Source of the DNA: Armatimonadota bacterium
GTDB lineage: Bacteria > Armatimonadota > SYMT01
DNA length: 64,000 bases
Direction: 5' to 3'
Assembly: GCA_041690135.1 (NCBI GenBank)
Contig: JAWLHY010000007.1
Span: 96,001-160,000 of the forward strand
The notes under the pieces are model-generated. The model did no database searches. It was given only the letters and a program-made list of their open reading frames with translations, and was not told the origin of the DNA. Shown here piece after piece: positions 10,271-19,268 of this stretch (within the stretch, counting starts at the first letter, position 1; each line of letters begins with the position of its first letter). The position numbers and the translations under genes are program-made.

Positions 10271-10948
10271 TTACTCTTTCCGCTTATGCCGGTGCTTCCA
10301 CTCGGGGAACTTGAACGGCTCGCCCTGCATGCAGTGGAACTGCTTCCGCTGGGCATCGGTGAGGATCGCGGTCAGGCGGGCATCGGTGGCGCTGGTCACT
10401 TCGAAGAACCGCCGGCGGGCTTCTTCGCGGTGGTCGCCGGACATAGCCCCCGTCATCTTGAAGCCCTGGAAGGCGCTCCGCATGGCTTCTCGCTCGCCAT
10501 CTAGGGCGGCTTCCACGTGCCGTCGCTGTTCCTGGGAGAGTTTCAGTGTGTCCGCGATATCCCGGCGGGCGATAGCGCGGATCCGTTCCTTCTGCAACTC
10601 CAGTTGCCGCAGGCGGTGAATCTGCTTCGGCTCCAGGATAGTGGCGACGCGGCGCTCTTGCTCGGCGTAGAGCGCTTCGAACCGCTTCTGCAGGTCGGGA
10701 GGCGTGAGCTTCTGGAGTTCTTCCCATGTCTGGCGCGCGCGCGTGAACAACTCCCGGTTGTAGGCATCTAGGTCGCCTATTTGCTCCGGCGTCAGACGCA
10801 GCTCCTTCTGGACTTCGGGAATGACCAACAGCCGCATCGGCCCCCGGGGAGCCCCCCGGAAACCCTGCGCTTCGACGGTGGCAGGGAGCCACAGGCCCGC
10901 CACAACCATCACTGCCAGTAATTTTCCCAGCCAATGGGAGATCTTCAC
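10271..10948 (-). CDS. Secreted helical protein with LTxxQ (Spy/CpxP-like) repeats
   Basis: Signal peptide ending 'VEA'; repeats 'ELRLTPEQ','TLKLSQEQ','ILTDAQRKQF'. Confidence 0.7.
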   Translation of the reverse strand: MKISHWLGKLLAVMVVAGLWLPATVEAQGFRGAPRGPMRLLVIPEVQKELRLTPEQIGDLDAYNRELFTRARQTWEELQKLTPPDLQKRFEALYAEQERRVATILEPKQIHRLRQLELQKERIRAIARRDIADTLKLSQEQRRHVEAALDGEREAMRSAFQGFKMTGAMSGDHREEARRRFFEVTSATDARLTAILTDAQRKQFHCMQGEPFKFPEWKHRHKRKE

Positions 10949-11062
10949 GCGCTCACCCTCGGAGTCGGTACTGGAGAGACTAACACAACTTGCTCTGTAC
11001 CGGCCGTCTACTTTGACGTTGGGGGCGCCCCCTGGTTCACACTCATTTGAGACGCCGCGGGG

Positions 11063-12904
11063 TCAATCGTCAGGCTCGTGGCTCTCTTTCAACACCCGGA
11101 AGATCGGGGCCGAGGTGCGGAGCGGGATGGCGCCCTCCTTCCAGCGTTTCCGGGGGAGCACGAAGCAATGTTCCCGTGGGCATTCGATCTGCTCCTCGCA
11201 CCACCCATCCGTGATGATCATCACCGGGGCGGTCGCCGGGAAATCGGGACGGCCCAGCAGGTGGATCACCGCCGGCTGCAGCGCCGTCCCGCCCCGCCCC
11301 TGCACTGGGAAAATGCCCCGCAGATCCGTCGGCGCGACCCAGCCCCGGTCATAGGGCGCGGCATCGCAGAGGACCAGCCGGGTCCGGGGCACGTCGCGCG
11401 CCTCGGAGAAGGAAGCAATCGCTCCCAGAGCCCGGCCAAGCAATTCCCGGTCCATCGAACCCGACGTATCGAGCACCACGCCGAAGGTGCACGCCTCCCG
11501 CCATTCGTCCGGGATGTAGCGGGCCGGGCGGGGAATGTCGGGAGTCGACGCTTGCCGCCGGCTGGCCCGGGCGTAGCTCCGGAGCGGCTCGCGGACAAAG
11601 GGGACGTGTGCCTCCATCCAGCGTCCGAGCTCCACGTCCCAGGGCACCGGGGGCGAGAAAAGGGAACGGACTTCCTCCAGAAGCCCGGCAGGAAGCAAGC
11701 CCCGGCCCAGGTGCGACATTCCGGCCGACAGACACCGGCGATAGAGATCGTCCAGCGTCGTCACTTCGTCCCGGTAGATGGTCCGCCCCGGGGTGTCCAG
11801 CAGCACGTCCCCCAGCTTCCCGCGGAACCCACGGAGACCCCGGCAGCGCTTCGGGTCCCGCACGAGGAGATCGTAAACCTCATCCGCGGACATGCCCTGC
11901 AGCCGCGGGTCGTAGAGCACCCCGATGGTTGGTAGACGGCCCACACCCATCTCGACCAGCCAGCCGTTGATCACGAAGTCACACGCGAGGTTCCAGGTCC
12001 AGGGATCGCGGCCCCGGGTGCGGCTGTGGTGCAGGAGCGCGACGTGGAGCAGTTCGTGGGTGTAGATGAACACCCACTCCTCCTGGGACAGCTTCCATTC
12101 CGGGTTGAAATACATCTCCCCCAGGAAGCCGTTCACGGCCGCGACGGAGATATCCATCCGCTGGCAGAGCTGGGCATCGGCAATGACCCGGATCTGCGTG
12201 GCCAGCGCTCCCAGCAGGGGAAACTCGTTGATCACCCACCGGCGCGCCCGCTCCGCCGGCCCCCAACCCCCGCGGTTTGCCTCCTCGCCGAGGGAATAGG
12301 CGACCTCCGCCACGGTCCCTTCCACCGCTTCCCGGATTCCCTGGGCGAGGCGCTCTTCGTAATCCCTACGCCAGAGGTGGAGCCGCCCGAGACCGACGAT
12401 ATCGGGACGGTGCTGTCCGGCCAGGGTGCGGTACTCCTGCTTCACCTTCGGGTAGGCCGCGCGGAACTCCAGGATCTCTTCGTAGACCTCTTCTTCAGAC
12501 CTGCCGGCCGCCGCACCCGGGCCGTGAGCTTGTCCCAATCCGAAAAGTGGAAGCAATCCTTCCGCGCTCAGCTCGCACGCCACGTTCCAGAGGAGCAGGT
12601 CCCGGTCTTCGCGCCGGGCGGCGTGGTTGAGGCCCAGGTGCAGCAGGAGATGACCGATGTGTCCGGCCCACTGGTCGGCCGAAAGCGCCCGGGCGTGATG
12701 GGGATTGAGCCGAACGATGCCTGCGCCAGGGTCTACACTTCCCATCTCGGGATCACCGGGGTCGCCGGAGCACTCTTCAAACTTCACCGCTTCGGCCAGG
12801 CTGCTCAGCGGCGTGCGGAAGACGTTGCTCCACCCCTGGGAGATAGCCAGCCGGTTGGCCTCCAGGCGCTCCTCGCGGGGCGATCGCTGTCTGCGTCGAG
12901 CCAT
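11063..12904 (-). CDS. DUF2201-family putative metallopeptidase with C-terminal vWA domain
   Basis: 'THELLHVALLH..WNLACDFVIN' (HExxH); MIDAS 'LDTSGSM'; 'GRGGTAL','ITDG'. Confidence 0.85.
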   Translation of the reverse strand: MARRRQRSPREERLEANRLAISQGWSNVFRTPLSSLAEAVKFEECSGDPGDPEMGSVDPGAGIVRLNPHHARALSADQWAGHIGHLLLHLGLNHAARREDRDLLLWNVACELSAEGLLPLFGLGQAHGPGAAAGRSEEEVYEEILEFRAAYPKVKQEYRTLAGQHRPDIVGLGRLHLWRRDYEERLAQGIREAVEGTVAEVAYSLGEEANRGGWGPAERARRWVINEFPLLGALATQIRVIADAQLCQRMDISVAAVNGFLGEMYFNPEWKLSQEEWVFIYTHELLHVALLHHSRTRGRDPWTWNLACDFVINGWLVEMGVGRLPTIGVLYDPRLQGMSADEVYDLLVRDPKRCRGLRGFRGKLGDVLLDTPGRTIYRDEVTTLDDLYRRCLSAGMSHLGRGLLPAGLLEEVRSLFSPPVPWDVELGRWMEAHVPFVREPLRSYARASRRQASTPDIPRPARYIPDEWREACTFGVVLDTSGSMDRELLGRALGAIASFSEARDVPRTRLVLCDAAPYDRGWVAPTDLRGIFPVQGRGGTALQPAVIHLLGRPDFPATAPVMIITDGWCEEQIECPREHCFVLPRKRWKEGAIPLRTSAPIFRVLKESHEPDD

Positions 12905-12929
12905 CGGGTCGATACCTCTTCAAGCGGGA

Positions 12930-14003
12930 CTACCGCGGAGTTGCGGATACGCTCACGCTCGCCGCCAGCCGAGGGAGGTCGCGCACCACCTCCACCAGGA
13001 ACCAGGCGGGGAGGTTACGTGCCTGCTCGCCCGTCTCGTCGGCGACCATCAGCGTAGCCATTTCCACGCTGATTTCGCAGAGCTCCACCAGGACCCGCTT
13101 GGCCTGCTTCGCCATGTGCCGGTGCTGGGGCTTGACCGCCTCCCGCTCCGGGGGGAACTCCTTCGCGAGCTGCGCCCGGAGCGACTGGACGACGAAGTAG
13201 AGCACGTCGCGCTCGTCCGCAGCGCGGGGGAGGGGCTGCTCACCCTTGAGGATCAGGTCCACCCGCAGGTTGCCGTGGAGCTGCTTAACAAATGCGCCGA
13301 AGCTGCGGGCGTGGTTCTGGCTCAGGCATCCACACGCCAGGATCTCCACTTCGTCGGGCGTCACCTCTTTGCCGTACGCATGTAGGGCATCGCTGAGGAT
13401 GTGCCACGACCGCGGTGTGGTGAACGTCTCCTCCGTCTTCGGCGGGGGGACATAGAGGTGGTCGGGGCGAGTCTCCAGGTAGTGGATCACCCAAGCATGG
13501 ATTCCCTGGAGATACGCCCACTGCAGCCATTCCCGCGTGGTCGGCTTCAGTTCCACGTGGAGCATCCGGTTCATCAGGGCGGACGACATCGGCTTCACGA
13601 TCGCCTGGTCCTGCGCCCGGTTCCCGGCCCCCACCACCACCGAGCCCTCCGGCAGGCGGTACTCGCCCAGGCGGCGGTCGTTGATCAGGCTGTAGAATGC
13701 CTTCTGAACCTCAAATGAGCAGGCGTTGAGCTCATCGACAAACAGCAGGTACGGCTCATCGCGGGCGATCATCCGCGGCGGGCAGAACACCGAGTGCGTG
13801 CCTTCGATGCGCGGTACCCCAATCAAGTCCTCCGGCGCCAGTTGGGAGCCGAGCAGGGAAACGCATTCCAGCCCGACATCGTGCGCGAACTGCTCCACGA
13901 GCGCCGACTTACCGATTCCCGGTTGCCCCCAGATAAACACCGGCCGCGACGGCGCCACGTTCAGGAGAAGTTTGCTTAACGTAGTAGAAGTGACCGTCAA
14001 CAT
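12930..14003 (-). CDS. MoxR/CbbQ-like AAA+ ATPase
   Basis: Walker A 'GQPGIGKS', Walker B 'LFVDELN', 'GAGNR', 'SALMNR', 'TPRSW'. Directly upstream of the vWA gene. Confidence 0.9.
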   Translation of the reverse strand: MLTVTSTTLSKLLLNVAPSRPVFIWGQPGIGKSALVEQFAHDVGLECVSLLGSQLAPEDLIGVPRIEGTHSVFCPPRMIARDEPYLLFVDELNACSFEVQKAFYSLINDRRLGEYRLPEGSVVVGAGNRAQDQAIVKPMSSALMNRMLHVELKPTTREWLQWAYLQGIHAWVIHYLETRPDHLYVPPPKTEETFTTPRSWHILSDALHAYGKEVTPDEVEILACGCLSQNHARSFGAFVKQLHGNLRVDLILKGEQPLPRAADERDVLYFVVQSLRAQLAKEFPPEREAVKPQHRHMAKQAKRVLVELCEISVEMATLMVADETGEQARNLPAWFLVEVVRDLPRLAASVSVSATPR

Positions 14004-14094
14004 TTGAAATCATCACACGTCCGCACGCCCAACATTCACCGTCCCAGGGTCACCTGTCCTCCAGACTTCCGGACCGTACCCCCATTCATACGCG

Positions 14095-14195
14095 AAACCC
14101 AAACGCCAAACACCCAAAGACCTCTGCGCCCAGCGCCCGAACGCCCAACGCCCGCACACCCGAACACCTGAACACACGACCACCCGAACACCCCC
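14095..14195. repeat. Short tandem heptamer/octamer repeats (AACGCCC, CCGAACAC-like)
   Basis: 'aaacccaaacgccaaacacccaaa...gcccgaacgcccaacgcccgcacacccgaacacctgaacac'. Confidence 0.6.
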
Positions 14196-14351
14196 TATCC
14201 CGTCCTCCCACCCCCACGGGCTAAATCCCGTCGAGTTGTGATTTGTTTGAGTCTCACCGCGGAAGCTCAAACGCCACGAACTGCATGCAACTGGGCAGAC
14301 CGAAAGGTGTCCAATTCACGCGTGTCCAAACAGGATGCGGAGGGAGCCTGC

Positions 14352-16652
14352 ATGCGTTTGCTTGGAGTAGCGTTGGTTCTGGCGTTGGGGGCCCCGGTGA
14401 TGGCGGCGCCCGCGAAAAAGGCGGCGAAGAAGCCTGCCGCGCGTGTGACGAAGAAGGCCGTGGCGAAGAAGCCGGTCGCGAAGAAGCTCGTCGCCAAAAA
14501 AGCACCCCCCACCCCGAAGATCGTGGCGCCGGAGCATCCGCAGTTCCTTCGGGACGTGGCCCCCATCCTGGATAAGGCGGGCTGTTCGATCGCCGCCTGT
14601 CATGGCAAGTTCGGCGGTCGCGGCGACTTCGAAATCTCGCTGCTGACGCTGGCCCCGGAAGACGATTACCGGCCAATCGTTTTCGGCGCAAAGGGCCGGC
14701 GCATCAACCTCCAGGAGCCGGCGCACAGCCTTCTCCTCCAGAAGCCCACCGGCGAGGTGGCGCACGCGGGCGGCGTTCGCTTCAAGAAGGGCTCGGTCGA
14801 GTACCAGACGATTCTGAACTGGATTCGCGACGGGGTGCCGTTCACAGCCGAGGACCCGCGGGTCAAGGAGGTCAAGGTCGAGCCTTCCAGCATCACCCTG
14901 AAACCGGGCGGCAAGACTCAGCTCAAGGTCACGGCACACTGGAGCGACGGCAAAGTTGAAGACGTTACTAAGAAAGCGGTTTACGCTTCCTCGGACGAGC
15001 CGGTCGCCACCGTCACGGACGAAGGAGAGGTCGAAGGGGTCCGCTGGGGCGGCACCGCCATCCAGGTCCGTTTCCTGGGCGTCGCGCGGGCGTCGTTCCT
15101 CACGCTGCCGCAGGAGCGCAAGGATAAGGCGAAGTATCCGGAAGCCCCCCGCGTCAACTACATCGACGAGCTCGTGTTCAACAACCTCCGGCGGATGAAC
15201 GTCATCCCGTCCGAGTTAACCAACGACGAGCAGTTCTGCCGCCGCGTCTACCTGGACACCATCGGGATGCTCCCCACGCCCGAGGAACTGCAGAAGTTTG
15301 TCCAGGATCCCGCTCCCGACAAGCGGGCCAAACTGATCGACGAACTTCTGGAGCGGCCGGAATATGTCGATCTCCGGACCCTCCGGATCGCGGACATGCT
15401 CCGCGTCAACCCGCGGAAGATCAGCAACAACAACGGGTTCGGCGAGCGCTCCGCACTGCTCTTTCACGATTGGATCCGCGAGAACGTCGCGAAGAACCGT
15501 CCTTACAACGAGTTCGTGAAAGAGCTCCTCGCCGCGCGGGGCAGCCTCTACCACAACGGCCCGGCCGCCTACTGGGCGATCGAGCGCACCGCCAATGACC
15601 GAGCGGAGACCACCGGCCAGGCCTTCCTGGGCGTCCGCCTGGGGTGCGCCCGCTGCCACAAGCACCCGTTCGACCGCTGGAACACGGACGATTACTGGAA
15701 CTTCAGCGCCTTCCACGGCAAGGTCGCGCTGCGCGGCGTGCCCGGTGGCGCCTTCGGAGAGCAGGAAGTCTACTACAACCCCGGCGTCCGGGTGATCAAC
15801 CAGTCCGTCAACGGTCCGCGCCGTGGGTTGCCGGCCGTTCCGACCTTCCTGGGCGGCGAGCCGTTCTCGGACGAGCAGATGAAGGAGGACATCTCCGTGG
15901 AGCTCGCCGAGTGGGTCACCAGCAAGGAGAACCCGTTCTTTGCCCGCTCGACGATGAACCGGCTCTGGAGCCAGATCTTCGGTCGCGCTCTGGTGCACCC
16001 CGTGGACGATATGCGGGAAACGACGCCCGAATCCGTTCCCGGTATGCTCGACGCGCTGTCGAAAGATTTCATCGAGCACAACTTCGACATCAAGCACGTC
16101 ATCCGGACGGTTCTGAACAGCCGGACCTACCAGCTTCAGGCGATGGCCAACGCCACCAACGCGCTGGATGATCGCTTCTACTCTCACTACTATCCGAAGC
16201 CGATGGTTGCCCAGGTGCTCCTGGACACCATCAATCAGGCAACGGGAGTAGCGGAGCGGCTCAGCCAGTTCCCGCTCACGCGGTCGGTGGAGCTGCCCAT
16301 TCCGGTTAACAACTATTTCCTGACCGTCTTCGGGAAATCGCACCGCGAATACCTGACCGAGCTCGACCCGAAACTGGAGCCGAATCTCGTGCAGACCCTG
16401 CACATGATGAACTCCACGTACATCAACGGCAAGATCCGGGCGGGGAGCTATTTGCGTGAGTTGGGGCGCTCGAAGACCAGCGACGAAGAGGTCGTGCGGC
16501 AGATGTTCCTGCGCACCCTTTGCCGCCAGCCCACGGCCGGGGAGACCGCCGCGGCTCTCAAGGCCCTATCCGAGACTAAGAAACGGCAAGAGTGGTTGGA
16601 AGACCTGCTGTGGTCTCTGATCTCTTCACGAGAGTTCCTCTTTATTAGCTAA
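14352..16652 (+). CDS. DUF1549/DUF1553 protein with Ig-like (Big_2) domain and CxxxxCH/CxxCH motifs
   Basis: ATG 14352 after GGAGGG; signal peptide and K/A-rich linker; 'GCSIAACHG','RRVYLDTIGMLPT','CARCHKHPFD', C-terminal 'SREFLFI'. Confidence 0.9.
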   Translation: MRLLGVALVLALGAPVMAAPAKKAAKKPAARVTKKAVAKKPVAKKLVAKKAPPTPKIVAPEHPQFLRDVAPILDKAGCSIAACHGKFGGRGDFEISLLTLAPEDDYRPIVFGAKGRRINLQEPAHSLLLQKPTGEVAHAGGVRFKKGSVEYQTILNWIRDGVPFTAEDPRVKEVKVEPSSITLKPGGKTQLKVTAHWSDGKVEDVTKKAVYASSDEPVATVTDEGEVEGVRWGGTAIQVRFLGVARASFLTLPQERKDKAKYPEAPRVNYIDELVFNNLRRMNVIPSELTNDEQFCRRVYLDTIGMLPTPEELQKFVQDPAPDKRAKLIDELLERPEYVDLRTLRIADMLRVNPRKISNNNGFGERSALLFHDWIRENVAKNRPYNEFVKELLAARGSLYHNGPAAYWAIERTANDRAETTGQAFLGVRLGCARCHKHPFDRWNTDDYWNFSAFHGKVALRGVPGGAFGEQEVYYNPGVRVINQSVNGPRRGLPAVPTFLGGEPFSDEQMKEDISVELAEWVTSKENPFFARSTMNRLWSQIFGRALVHPVDDMRETTPESVPGMLDALSKDFIEHNFDIKHVIRTVLNSRTYQLQAMANATNALDDRFYSHYYPKPMVAQVLLDTINQATGVAERLSQFPLTRSVELPIPVNNYFLTVFGKSHREYLTELDPKLEPNLVQTLHMMNSTYINGKIRAGSYLRELGRSKTSDEEVVRQMFLRTLCRQPTAGETAAALKALSETKKRQEWLEDLLWSLISSREFLFIS

Positions 16653-16686
16653 TCGCTCGGGTTGTATCGCCACGAAAGGAAACGCA

Positions 16687-18006
16687 ATGCGCTTCAAGCT
16701 TGGGGATTGTGAGAACTTCCACCGCCGCGATGTCCTGAAGGCGGGGGTGCTGGGAGTGGTCGGCGGACTGAGTATGACCGACCTGTTCGCCCTGAAAGCC
16801 CACGCGGGCGTCCGCGAAGGGTCCGCCGCTCAGACCCCCACCGAGTCGGTGATTCTCATCTGGCAGGGAGGCGGTCCCAGCCATATCGATACCTGGGATC
16901 CCAAGCCGGATGCTCCGGCCGAGATTCGCGGCACCTTCAACCCGATCGATACGGCGGCGCCGGGTATCCAGATCAGCGAGAAGCTGCCGCTGATCGCGAA
17001 GCAGATGGATAAGATCTCCATCATTCGCTCTATCACGACGGGTGAGGGCGCTCACGAGCGCGGCAGCCACTACATGCTCACCGGTTTCACCCCGCTGCCT
17101 GGCTTTGCCGTCCCCGGCTACGGCGCCGTGGCGGCAAAGTTCCGCGGTGGTCGCAGCGCGCTCCCTCCGTACATCGCCATCCCGAGCCCGATCGACAACG
17201 GCGGCACGGCCGGCTTCCTGGGCGCCGCGCTCAACCCGTTCTCCCCGAGCGGCGACCCGGCTTCCCGCAACTTCTCGGTGCGCGACCTGGACCTGCCGAA
17301 CGGCATGACGGTCGAGCAGGCGGATCGCCGGCGCACGCTCCGCGAGGCGATTGATGCGCAGTTCAACAAGTTCGAGTCCGGCAGCGACACGATTCGCGCT
17401 ACGGGCGAGTTCTTCAACCGCGCCTATGCTCTTCTCGGTTCGCAGGAGGCCCGTGCTGCGTTCGATCTGAAACAGGAGAAGGACGCCGTCCGCGACGAAT
17501 ACGGCCGGAACCGCTTCGGGCAGAGTGCCCTCCTGGCTCGCCGCCTGGTGGAGACCGGCGTCCGCTTCGTCACCATCAGCGTGGGCGGCTGGGACACCCA
17601 CTATAATGGCTTCCGCTCCCTCGGCGAGAACCTGCTGCCGATGTACGACCAGACGGTCAGCACCCTCATCCGGGACCTGCACGACCGCGGCCTGTTGAAG
17701 AACACCATGGTGCTCTCGATGGGCGAGTTCGGCCGCACCCCGGTTATCAATAAGGACGGCGGCCGCGACCACTACGCGCGTGTCTTCTCCATGATGATGG
17801 CGGGCGGCGGTCTCAAGGGCGGTGTAGCCGTCGGCGCCTCCGACTCCCGCGGCATGGAAGTGGCCGCCCGGCCGATCCGTCCTGAGGACGTGGCCGCGAC
17901 GATCTACAAGCAGCTCGGCATCGATTACACCCAGAGCATCGAGTCTCCGGAAGGCGTGCGGATCACCCTGTCCCGCGGTGGCCGCCATATCCAGGAACTT
18001 GTGTAG
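16687..18006 (+). CDS. DUF1501 family protein
   Basis: 'HRRDVLK' Tat-like; 'GGPSHIDTWDPKP','GWDTH','GEFGRTP','GRDH'. Confidence 0.93.
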   Translation: MRFKLGDCENFHRRDVLKAGVLGVVGGLSMTDLFALKAHAGVREGSAAQTPTESVILIWQGGGPSHIDTWDPKPDAPAEIRGTFNPIDTAAPGIQISEKLPLIAKQMDKISIIRSITTGEGAHERGSHYMLTGFTPLPGFAVPGYGAVAAKFRGGRSALPPYIAIPSPIDNGGTAGFLGAALNPFSPSGDPASRNFSVRDLDLPNGMTVEQADRRRTLREAIDAQFNKFESGSDTIRATGEFFNRAYALLGSQEARAAFDLKQEKDAVRDEYGRNRFGQSALLARRLVETGVRFVTISVGGWDTHYNGFRSLGENLLPMYDQTVSTLIRDLHDRGLLKNTMVLSMGEFGRTPVINKDGGRDHYARVFSMMMAGGGLKGGVAVGASDSRGMEVAARPIRPEDVAATIYKQLGIDYTQSIESPEGVRITLSRGGRHIQELV

Positions 18007-18144
18007 CATCCACGACTGAGGTCTCTTGCGGGAGATCGAATGGGAGAAGCGAAGAGTGGGGGACACCCTTCCCAGGGTGTCTTCCATTCTCCCAATCTCC
18101 CATTCTTCGTTTCGAACGACGTCCGACGAGGAGTAGTAGCGGAT

Positions 18145-19215
18145 ATGTCTAGCAGCGTCACGGCCGGGACCTTCAAGCGGACGTCCCTCGTTCTTTCCGG
18201 TCTTCTGATCACCCTTTGCCCCGCGGTCTCGCGGAGCGCCGATTCCCAGCCGGCGCCATTATCGGCGGCGAAGCCTACCTCTGCACCGCCCGCGGTGTGG
18301 TCCGTGGCCTTCAGCCCCGACGGCAAGACCCTGGCAGCCGGCAGCTACCAGCGGGTCCAACTCTGGGACGCCGAAGCCTGGACTCCCGCGCGGAACCTGA
18401 CCGGGCATGCCGGCCCGGTACGGTGCCTGGCCTGGAGCGGCGACGGCAAGCAACTCGCCGCGGGAGGCGGAAAGCCGGGCACGCTGGGTGAGGTGAAGAT
18501 CTGGACCGTGGGCGACGGCACCACCGCTGCCGCCCCCATGACCCTGGCCGAGCACAAGGACGTGGTGGAGGGCGTGGCCTTCAACACCACGGGCGGCGTA
18601 CTGGTGACGGCCAGCGTCGATGAGAAGGCGCTTCCCGTGGAGTTGGCCACCCGTAAGGTCGTGCGGCCGATGACGGACCATACCAACCGCATCATCACCG
18701 TCGCCTTCTCGCCGAACGGCAAGTACGTGGCCACCGGCAGCCTGGATCGCACCATCAAGATCTGGAACGCCCAGGACTTCACCCCACTGGCGAACACAGA
18801 CCACGCCGGCGGGCAGGTGCACAACCTGGTGTTCCTCTCGGACGGCAATCAATTCTTCGCCGGTGGCGAAGACGGCAACATGCGCCTCTATCGGATCTCG
18901 GAGAGCCGGTCCGGCAAAGTCACGGGTTACAACATCTCGCTCGGGCGCACCATCGGCGGTAACCGAACCCCTATTTTCGCCGTGGCGGCCTCCCAGAAGG
19001 GCAACCTGATGGCGGCGGCGGGCGAGGACTCTCTGGTCCACGTATTCGACACCGGTGGGGGACGGAAGCACACGCTCAAGGACTGCACCGGCCCCGTCTA
19101 CTCTCTCTCCTTCAACCCGGACGGCTCCCTGCTGGCCGCGGCTTCCCGCGATGGAAAGGTCCGCGTGTGGACCACCAAAGACGGCAAGCTCGCCACTGAG
19201 CTCACTCTCCCCTGA
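18145..19215 (+). CDS. Secreted WD40-repeat protein
   Basis: ATG 18145 after GAGGAG; signal peptide; about 7 WD repeats ('SVAFSPDGKTLAAGS','TGSLDRTIKIW'). Confidence 0.9.
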   Translation: MSSSVTAGTFKRTSLVLSGLLITLCPAVSRSADSQPAPLSAAKPTSAPPAVWSVAFSPDGKTLAAGSYQRVQLWDAEAWTPARNLTGHAGPVRCLAWSGDGKQLAAGGGKPGTLGEVKIWTVGDGTTAAAPMTLAEHKDVVEGVAFNTTGGVLVTASVDEKALPVELATRKVVRPMTDHTNRIITVAFSPNGKYVATGSLDRTIKIWNAQDFTPLANTDHAGGQVHNLVFLSDGNQFFAGGEDGNMRLYRISESRSGKVTGYNISLGRTIGGNRTPIFAVAASQKGNLMAAAGEDSLVHVFDTGGGRKHTLKDCTGPVYSLSFNPDGSLLAAASRDGKVRVWTTKDGKLATELTLP

Positions 19216-19268
19216 CGGTTCCAACCCGGCCCGGCCGACACCACATGGTTCAACGAGGAAACAGTCGA

